This document shows positions 1 through 6,325 of a stretch of 26,386 nucleotides of DNA, piece by piece. The notes under the pieces were generated by a model. It saw only the letters and a list, made by a program, of their open reading frames with translations, was not told where the DNA came from and did not search any database. The DNA is from Spirochaetota bacterium (GTDB taxonomy: Bacteria > Spirochaetota > GWE2-31-10 > MWDO01). The first letter of the stretch is position 1. Every line of letters begins with the position of its first letter. The stretch lies in contig JAGOCL010000001.1 in assembly GCA_017998755.1 (NCBI GenBank), positions 1 to 26,386 on the forward strand. Reading direction: 5' to 3'. A program made the position numbers and the translations under genes.

Positions 1-130
1 CCATAAGAGTATCTACAACAAAATCCATAGTGGTATAGTGATCGTTTAACATTATCACTTTATACATGGAAGGCTTTTTGGTAATAATTTTTTCTTTTGT
101 CTCAAAAACGCTTTCAAAACGGTCAGACAT
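1..130 (-). CDS. clpS: ATP-dependent Clp protease adaptor ClpS (5' part, truncated by window edge)
   Basis: Manual translation from ATG at 130 gives [43 protein letters not shown], matching the ClpS signature YKVxxLNDxYTxMxFVV. AGGA lies upstream. Not in the ORF track. Confidence 0.9.
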   Translation of the reverse strand, partial: MSDRFESVFETKEKIITKKPSMYKVIMLNDHYTTMDFVVDTLM

Positions 131-239
131 ATTTAAAATCCTAAAAGATAATATAAAAAAATTGGCGCGTCAAGTCAATGAAATTAATATAAAGTTTAAT
201 CGGAATGAAAGTAACATACGATATAAGATATTGTTCAAA

Positions 240-617
240 CTATTCTTTATCAATATCTTCTTTATAAAATAAGAAATAAAGAAATATAAAAAAATCTATA
301 GGCATCAATAAATAAAAATAGGCCGATATAGTTACTTTATTCATAAATAATAAAAAAATATAATAAACAATAATCATTAATTTATAGATTGACCAAAAAT
401 TCACTACCGGACGGTATTTTTTATCAAAAAAGTAGAAAATACCCGATATAGCAAAAATAACATTTGTAAAAACTGTCGATCCGAACCAAAACCATGTTTC
501 GTCTTTAATAACCGTAGATATTTCAAAATTTACTTTTACAAAATTAATAATTAGGTATATAATGCACCATCTGGTTATCTCAAATATCGATATAGCTAGT
601 AAAAATTTATTTTTCAT
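240..617 (-). CDS. Hypothetical small integral membrane protein (about 4 hydrophobic segments)
   Basis: 125-aa ORF rich in F/I/L/Y/W with a charged C-tail. It fills the gap between clpS and ctpA and is co-oriented with clpS. Confidence 0.65.
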   Translation of the reverse strand: MKNKFLLAISIFEITRWCIIYLIINFVKVNFEISTVIKDETWFWFGSTVFTNVIFAISGIFYFFDKKYRPVVNFWSIYKLMIIVYYIFLLFMNKVTISAYFYLLMPIDFFIFLYFLFYKEDIDKE

Positions 618-685
618 AGCGCAATTGTATAATACAATAACCGACTTATTGCAACATTTTTATTAAATAATTTTGTGGGGTTTTT

Positions 686-2089
686 ATGGCTAAAAAAGAG
701 AGAATTGTTTGGATTATCGCCGTTTCAGCGTTACTTTTTATTTCGTTGTTTGGTATTTTTGTCAACGACGCTTTTGCCGGTAGCGTATCGTCTGAATTCC
801 CTTATATACAGAAATTTTTATCGGTATTCAACTCAATTAAGAAAGAGTATGTGGACGAGGAGAAAATTGACGATAAAAAACTGATTAACGGGGCCATAAA
901 AGGCATGCTGGAAGCCATAGGAGACCCCCATACAAATTATCTTAGCGATAAAGATATGAACGATATGAACGACACTTCGAGCGGTAATTTCGGCGGCGTT
1001 GGGATGATCATTCAGTCAAAGGACGATTATATAGTAGTAGTGTCGCCTATTGAAGGGACGCCGGCTTACCGTAAGGGAATGAAGTCCGGCGACTTATTGA
1101 TATCGGTAGACGGTCAGTCGCTAAAAGGGGTCGAGGTCAACGAGGCGGCAAACAGACTAAGGGGCGTTCCCGGCACTTCGGTAAAAGTGGAATTTATTCG
1201 AGAAGAAATTAAATATGAAGTTGAGATAGTTAGAGCGATTATAGACGTTCCTTCCGTAAAGCATACGACTATTAAAGACAAGTACGGATATCTAAGAATT
1301 ACTCATTTTACCGGAACCACAGACGGTTATGTTAAAAAAGCTCTTAAAGAATTTACCGATAAAAATATAACCGGAATAATAGTCGATCTAAGAGCGAATC
1401 CGGGAGGATTACTATCTCAAGTTATTAATATTGTGGATTATTTTCAAGACGAAGGGGATATCGTTTCGACAAAAGGGAGAAACTACCAAAACAGCGTTAA
1501 TAAAGCGTCTCGTATTAATACGATAGTTAAAAATGAAATTCCGGTTATAGTATTAGTCGATAACGGCTCTGCAAGCGCGTCCGAGATATTTTCCGGAGCA
1601 ATAAAAGACTTAAACAGAGGAATTCTAATTGGCGAAAAAACTTACGGGAAAGGATCCGTTCAAACTATACATCAACTGGGCTCCGACGGATTTAAAATAA
1701 CAATAGCAAAATATTATACTCCGGCCAATATTTCTATAGACGGAATCGGAATCGAACCTCATATCGAGGTTAAAGAACCGGAGTTGTCGGAAGAACAAAA
1801 ACTTTTATTGCAAAAGATGTTTAAGGATAAAGCGGTTGAAAATATCGTTAAGTCCGTCAAAAACCCGACAGGCGTCGAGATTGAATCGATGGCTAAACAA
1901 CTGGCCGTAAGCGGGTACGATCTTCCGGCAAGGTATCTTAAAAAGCTAATAAAAAACGAACTGGAGATAACTTCTGAAAATAAAGAAATATATGATTTGG
2001 AATACGACTTACAATTACAAAAAGCTTTGGAAGTTTTGGAAGGAAATTTATTAGAATATAAAGACGGAAAATATTATTTGAAAAAATAG
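686..2089 (+). CDS. ctpA: C-terminal processing peptidase, S41A family (PDZ + Ser/Lys protease)
   Basis: N-terminal hydrophobic anchor; PDZ segment (GVGMII...GDLLISVDG); motifs DLRANPGGLL, SASASEIF, GEKTYGKGSVQ. Confidence 0.93.
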   Translation: MAKKERIVWIIAVSALLFISLFGIFVNDAFAGSVSSEFPYIQKFLSVFNSIKKEYVDEEKIDDKKLINGAIKGMLEAIGDPHTNYLSDKDMNDMNDTSSGNFGGVGMIIQSKDDYIVVVSPIEGTPAYRKGMKSGDLLISVDGQSLKGVEVNEAANRLRGVPGTSVKVEFIREEIKYEVEIVRAIIDVPSVKHTTIKDKYGYLRITHFTGTTDGYVKKALKEFTDKNITGIIVDLRANPGGLLSQVINIVDYFQDEGDIVSTKGRNYQNSVNKASRINTIVKNEIPVIVLVDNGSASASEIFSGAIKDLNRGILIGEKTYGKGSVQTIHQLGSDGFKITIAKYYTPANISIDGIGIEPHIEVKEPELSEEQKLLLQKMFKDKAVENIVKSVKNPTGVEIESMAKQLAVSGYDLPARYLKKLIKNELEITSENKEIYDLEYDLQLQKALEVLEGNLLEYKDGKYYLKK

Positions 2090-2144
2090 TCGGAGCTCGG
2101 CCGGCGGTTAAAGTAAAAAAAACGAAACGCCGGCAGAATTCCGA
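2090..2144. other. GC-rich stem-loop downstream of ctpA
   Basis: GCCGGCG (2100-2106) pairs with CGCCGGC (2128-2134); outer TCGGA (2090-2094) pairs with TCCGA (2140-2144); 21-nt A-rich loop; no U-tract. Confidence 0.6.
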
Positions 2145-2177
2145 TAAAATGATACCGAAAATAAAGGCATTTAAAGA

Positions 2178-2206
2178 TTGACTTTTTTTTAATATTAATT
2201 TATTAT
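2178..2206 (+). promoter_or_regulatory. sigma70-type promoter for rpmF-plsX
   Basis: TTGACT-17 nt-TATTAT, upstream of the AGGAG RBS of rpmF. Confidence 0.7.
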
Positions 2207-2259
2207 TCGTATCTTAAATTTTAAAAATATTAATTAATAATACATTTTAGGAGTATGAT

Positions 2260-2445
2260 ATGGCGGTACCTAAGCATCGTAAATCTAAATCGAAGAAAAG
2301 AATGCATAGAAGAATAAATATGAAAATGACTTTACCGGGAATGACGAAATGTCCCGAATGCGGGATGTTAACGCCTCCGCATAAAGCTTGTATTCATTGC
2401 GGTAATTACAAAGGTTCTTTAGTCGTTCAGGTCGGAAAAGATTGA
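2260..2445 (+). CDS. rpmF: 50S ribosomal protein bL32 (Zn-binding form)
   Basis: MAVPKHRKSKSKKRMHR N-terminus plus CPECG...HKACIHCG zinc ribbon. Confidence 0.97.
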   Translation: MAVPKHRKSKSKKRMHRRINMKMTLPGMTKCPECGMLTPPHKACIHCGNYKGSLVVQVGKD

Positions 2446-3452
2446 GAATAGGGATAGATGTTGATTCGGGAGAGCGTTCGTTCGACGAGTTGGTAAACGG
2501 CGCTCTAAAGTCTCTTCAAAATCTACCCGACGTTTCTCTTTATATAATTGGCAAATCTGATAGAATTCGTAAACAATTTCTAGATATCGAATCGCTTTCA
2601 AACGTCTTTTTAATCGACGCAAAAGAAGTTATCTACATGGACGAGAACCCGTTATTAAGCGTTAAAAGAAAACGCGAATCGACGGTAGTTATCGGAACTA
2701 AAGCGCTAAAAGAGAATTTGATAGATTTCTTTTTATCTCCGGGGAACACGGGAGCGACGGTCGTATCGAGCGTACTTTCCCTTGGCATGACAAGTCATAT
2801 AAAAAAACCTGCAATGGCTACTTTTTTTCCCAGAATGAACGGCGGCGAAACGCTTATGCTGGATATAGGGGCAAATCCTGAATCAAATGAAGAAAATATT
2901 TACCACAACGCTTTATTGGGTTTAGCTTACTATTCGATACTTTGGGGGAAAAAGAACCCTTCTATAGGGCTTCTTAACGTTGGAAGCGAATTTGGGAAAG
3001 GATCGAAAAATACAAAGAAAGCGTTCAATTTACTCTCTCATATTGATTCTTTCGTCGGTAACGTCGAAGGGTATAATATTTTAAACGGATCGGTAGACGT
3101 AACGGTTTGCGACGGTTTTACCGGCAATACTTTACTGAAATTTGCCGAAGCTTTTAAAGAGCTGTTTTTATACGCTTTAAAGGAAACGTTCAATTCTGAT
3201 AAAAATTCATTTAAATTTCCAAAAAATATTTTTGACACTTCGAGAGAAAAAAAGAATTTAATGTTAGATAAAATTAAAACCAAGTATTTTGGGGCGGCTC
3301 CGCTTTTAGGGGTAAAAGGAGGCGTTTTGATTGGTCATGGGATGAGCTCCGGAGAAGACGTAGAAAACGCCGTCTATCTTGCCGACCGTCTGTATAAGTC
3401 AAATTATATAGATTCAATGAATAATTATATTAACGAAAATATAAAAAAATAA
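2442..3452 (+). CDS. plsX: Phosphate acyltransferase PlsX
   Basis: Motifs SPGNTGA, LDIGAN, GLLNVG, FVGNVEG, CDGFTGN and APLLGV...HG. TTG start overlaps the rpmF stop (TTGA); rpmF-plsX is a conserved gene order. Confidence 0.9.
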   Translation: MRIGIDVDSGERSFDELVNGALKSLQNLPDVSLYIIGKSDRIRKQFLDIESLSNVFLIDAKEVIYMDENPLLSVKRKRESTVVIGTKALKENLIDFFLSPGNTGATVVSSVLSLGMTSHIKKPAMATFFPRMNGGETLMLDIGANPESNEENIYHNALLGLAYYSILWGKKNPSIGLLNVGSEFGKGSKNTKKAFNLLSHIDSFVGNVEGYNILNGSVDVTVCDGFTGNTLLKFAEAFKELFLYALKETFNSDKNSFKFPKNIFDTSREKKNLMLDKIKTKYFGAAPLLGVKGGVLIGHGMSSGEDVENAVYLADRLYKSNYIDSMNNYINENIKK

Positions 3453-3469
3453 AATATATTGAAAAAAAG

Positions 3470-3498
3470 TTGAAATAATAAAAAATATGATATATAAT
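3470..3498 (+). promoter_or_regulatory. sigma70-type promoter upstream of flaB1
   Basis: TTGAAA-17 nt-TATAAT. Confidence 0.6.
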
Positions 3499-3511
3499 TT
3501 GGATAATTAAT

Positions 3512-3538
3512 TAAAGTTTTTTTTGGATTATCCGATAT
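3512..3538 (+). promoter_or_regulatory. sigma28 (FliA)-type promoter of flaB1
   Basis: TAAA(GTTT)-N15-TCCGATAT, matching the TAAA-N15-GCCGATAA consensus, about 180 nt upstream of a flagellin. Confidence 0.85.
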
Positions 3539-3674
3539 GTATAGTAAGTTCTTATTATATCTTTAACGTTGGGGGACGGAAAAGATTAGGAGCTAAATTA
3601 ACGATGGGGGGGCGTTTATAGTTCTTTAAAATGGGGATCAATAGCGGCTCGTATGAGGCGCTTTTAATTATAAG

Positions 3675-3710
3675 CAGGTAAGGATTACCTGTAAATTAGT
3701 TTCATGGAGG
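3675..3710 (+). promoter_or_regulatory. Putative CsrA binding sites in the flaB1 leader
   Basis: Hairpin CAGGTA-AGGAT-TACCTG presents GGA in the loop; a second site ATGGA overlaps the Shine-Dalgarno (CATGGAGG). Confidence 0.7.
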
Positions 3711-3717
3711 AAACAAA

Positions 3718-4596
3718 ATGATTATCAACCACAACATGTCTTCAATCAACGCTAACCGAGTCTTAAAGTTTAACAATGTAAATGTTAACAAAGACATGGA
3801 AAAGCTGTCTTCCGGAATGAGGATCAACAGAGCTAGCGACGACGCTTCAGGTCTGGCTGTATCCGAAAAAATGCGATCGCAAATCAGAGGTTTATTACAA
3901 GCCGAGAAAAATGCTGAAAATGGAATTTCTTTTATTCAGACTGCGGAAGGATATCTTCAAGAGACTCAAGACGTAGTACAAAGAATCAGAGAATTGTCTG
4001 TTCAATCTTCTAACGGTATCTATACCGACGAGGACAGAATGTATATCCAAGTCGAAATTAGCCAGTTAGTCGACGAGATTGACAGAATAGCCAGTCACGC
4101 TCAGTTTAACGGTATGAATATGTTAACCGGAAGATTTGCTAACATTTCTAACGGAGGAACTCCTACCGCTTCTATGTGGCTTCATATCGGAGCTAATATG
4201 GATCAAAGAGAGCAAGTATACATCGGAACTATGACTTCTCAAGGATTGGGTTTGAAAGAAGCTAACGGTTTACCGCACGCGGCAAACGCGGCTTTTACTC
4301 TTTCTACTCCCGGCGGAGCTAACATGTCTATAGGTTTGATGGACTTAGCTTTAAGAAAGATTAACAAACAAAGAGCGGATCTTGGAGCTTATCAGAACAG
4401 ACTTGAACACGCTACAAAAGGTTTGTTGATAGGAGCCGAGAACTTACAAGCGGCTGAATCTATTATCAGAGATTCAGATATGGCTAACGAAATGGTAAAT
4501 TTCACGAAGAATAGTATACTGGTTCAGTCCGGAACTGCAATGCTTGCGCAAGCAAACGCTAAGACTCAGTCGGTTTTACAATTATTAAACGCATAG
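3718..4596 (+). CDS. flaB: Periplasmic flagellar filament core flagellin FlaB (copy 1)
   Basis: [14 protein letters not shown] start; [31 protein letters not shown]; [12 protein letters not shown]; C-terminal [10 protein letters not shown]. The short central region is typical of spirochete FlaB. Confidence 0.97.
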   Translation: MIINHNMSSINANRVLKFNNVNVNKDMEKLSSGMRINRASDDASGLAVSEKMRSQIRGLLQAEKNAENGISFIQTAEGYLQETQDVVQRIRELSVQSSNGIYTDEDRMYIQVEISQLVDEIDRIASHAQFNGMNMLTGRFANISNGGTPTASMWLHIGANMDQREQVYIGTMTSQGLGLKEANGLPHAANAAFTLSTPGGANMSIGLMDLALRKINKQRADLGAYQNRLEHATKGLLIGAENLQAAESIIRDSDMANEMVNFTKNSILVQSGTAMLAQANAKTQSVLQLLNA

Positions 4597-4668
4597 TTTA
4601 AAATTGTTCTTTGAAAAGAAAGTTTAGTTTTAAATCTCTACCTTGACAACGGTAGTTTGACAGACGGC

Positions 4669-4689
4669 GCCCTCCAAAATTTGGGGGGC
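4669..4689 (+). terminator. GC-rich hairpin after flaB1 (weak terminator or stabilising/processing stem)
   Basis: GCCCTCCA pairs with TGGGGGGC; an outer GGC/GCC and ACAG/CTGT extension is possible; only a short U run follows. Confidence 0.45.
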
Positions 4690-4838
4690 TATGCCTGTTT
4701 ATGAATCTTTAAGTTAAAAATATAAAGGGCGATTTTGTGGTTTTAATAGAGATTCATGCAGAACTACTTTTAAGGAGAAAACCTTAATAAAAAACCTTTC
4801 TAAAAGATTTAGAAAGCTATATCAAGGAGGGTATTTTA

Positions 4839-5693
4839 ATGATTATTAACCATAATATGTCTTCGATAAACGCCAATAACGTATTGAAGTTTAAAACAAG
4901 AGACGTTGATAAGACGATGGAAAAACTATCGTCCGGAATAAGAATCAACAGATCGGGAGACGACGCATCCAACCTAGCCGTATCGGAAAAAATGAGAGCC
5001 CAAATAAGGGGCTTAAATCAAGCCGAGAAAAACGTTCAGAACGGAGTATCTTTAATTCAAGCTACGGAAGGATATTTGCAAGAGACCGAAGACGTTGTTC
5101 ACAGAATCAGAGAGCTAGCAGTTCAATCTTCTAATGGTATTTATACGGATGAAGATAGGCAGTATATCCAAGTTGAGATTGATCAACTTGTTGACGAAGT
5201 GAACAGAATAGCGTCTCACGCTCAGTTTAACGGGATGAATTTATTAACCGGTAGATTTGCAAATTCTCAAAAAGGCGCGACTCCAACGGCGTCTATGTTC
5301 TTCCAAGTGGGAGCTAACATGGACCAAAGAGAACAGATTTATATTGGCGAAATGACTGCTAAATCTCTGTTTAAAACAGAAACAGATGGACAAGTGCTTC
5401 TTAGTACTCCGGCGGCTTCAAACATCTCCATTGGAAGAATGGACGAAGCTTTAAAGATGATTAACGAGCAAAGAGCAGATCTTGGAGCATATCAGAACAG
5501 GTTTGAAACGGCTCAAAAAGGTATTGCGATAGCTTCAGAGAATTTACAAGCGGCAGAATCAGTTATAAGAGACGCAAATATGGCGTCTGAATCTGTCAAC
5601 TTTGTAAAAGACAGCATACTGGTTCAATCCGGTACCGCAATGCTAGCGCAGGCGAATACACGACCGCAAACGGTATTACAACTGCTGGGCTAA
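4839..5693 (+). CDS. flaB: Periplasmic flagellar filament core flagellin FlaB (copy 2)
   Basis: Same flagellin N- and C-terminal motifs as copy 1; AAGGAGG RBS. Confidence 0.97.
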   Translation: MIINHNMSSINANNVLKFKTRDVDKTMEKLSSGIRINRSGDDASNLAVSEKMRAQIRGLNQAEKNVQNGVSLIQATEGYLQETEDVVHRIRELAVQSSNGIYTDEDRQYIQVEIDQLVDEVNRIASHAQFNGMNLLTGRFANSQKGATPTASMFFQVGANMDQREQIYIGEMTAKSLFKTETDGQVLLSTPAASNISIGRMDEALKMINEQRADLGAYQNRFETAQKGIAIASENLQAAESVIRDANMASESVNFVKDSILVQSGTAMLAQANTRPQTVLQLLG

Positions 5694-5800
5694 CTTTGAA
5701 AATTTAATGTTTTTTAAAGTAGAAACTGTTCTATCTTTAGTTTTTCTAATCGCCCTTTTCTCGGCGTTAACGCGCCAGTTTTATAAAACCACAATAATAA

Positions 5801-5837
5801 CTCCCGCTTCCTGAAAAGGACGCGGGAGATCTTTTAA
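5801..5837 (+). terminator. Intrinsic terminator-like hairpin after flaB2
   Basis: CTCCCGC-t-TCCT-GAAA-AGGA-c-GCGGGAG (GNRA tetraloop) followed by ATCTTTT. Confidence 0.7.
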
Positions 5838-5889
5838 AAAAGTTGACAGGGAGGGATGAGATTGCCTAAATTTTTTTAGGAGGAGAAAT

Positions 5890-6276
5890 ATGATAAACAA
5901 TGTAAATATAATAAAATCGGACAATTACGCTCAGATTTTGCTACAGCAAGCGGCGAATCGGAAGGGAGCAAAGTCGGTTGAAAGAAAAAACGCGGCAAAA
6001 GCTCTGACTCAGGATGAAATAAAAAAGCTAATAAAAAAAGAGATCCCGGGTTTGGATTCAGAAAACGCTATGGAACTTATAGGAAATTCTCAATCTCTGG
6101 AGTTATTAAATCATAAAGTTCATTTAAGGATGAATAAAGATATAAATAGGGTTATCATAACGATAGTAGATAAGGAATCCAATCAAGTAGTAAAAGAAAT
6201 CCCTTGCGAAGAGTTGCAAAATCTTGCCGCGCACCTCAAAAAAGCCGTCGGAGTTTTGTATGACAAAGAGGCGTAG
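5890..6276 (+). CDS. flaG: Flagellar protein FlaG
   Basis: C-terminal LNHKVHLRMNKDINRVIITIVDKESNQVVKEIP.EEL..LA..L motif; located between flagellin and fliD. Confidence 0.9.
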   Translation: MINNVNIIKSDNYAQILLQQAANRKGAKSVERKNAAKALTQDEIKKLIKKEIPGLDSENAMELIGNSQSLELLNHKVHLRMNKDINRVIITIVDKESNQVVKEIPCEELQNLAAHLKKAVGVLYDKEA

Positions 6277-6325
6277 AGACGCAGTTTTGCGTTAGCGATT
6301 TTTCAGTTTGGGGGGGTAATTTTGT

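Noticed and set aside
66-272. 68-aa plus-strand ORF
   Set aside because: Antisense to the real clpS start (1-130) and lacks any recognisable motif.
2442-2445. rpmF/plsX overlap as a programmed frameshift or fusion
   Set aside because: An ordinary 4-nt stop/start overlap (TTGA) indicating translational coupling; no slippery site.
3545-3717. Known riboswitch (for example c-di-GMP-I/II) in the long flaB1 leader or other flagellar spacers
   Set aside because: I could not find the conserved cores by eye; an Rfam/Infernal scan is needed to exclude this fully.
4643-4666. Two TTGACA hexamers (4643, 4657) as flaB2 promoters
   Set aside because: No -10 element at 16-18 nt from either; they lie within hairpin-forming sequence.
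4710-4735. TAAG-N14-GGCGATTT as a flaB2 sigma28 promoter
   Set aside because: Short spacing and mismatches in both boxes, so not called. If real, it would undermine the flaB2 clasp model.
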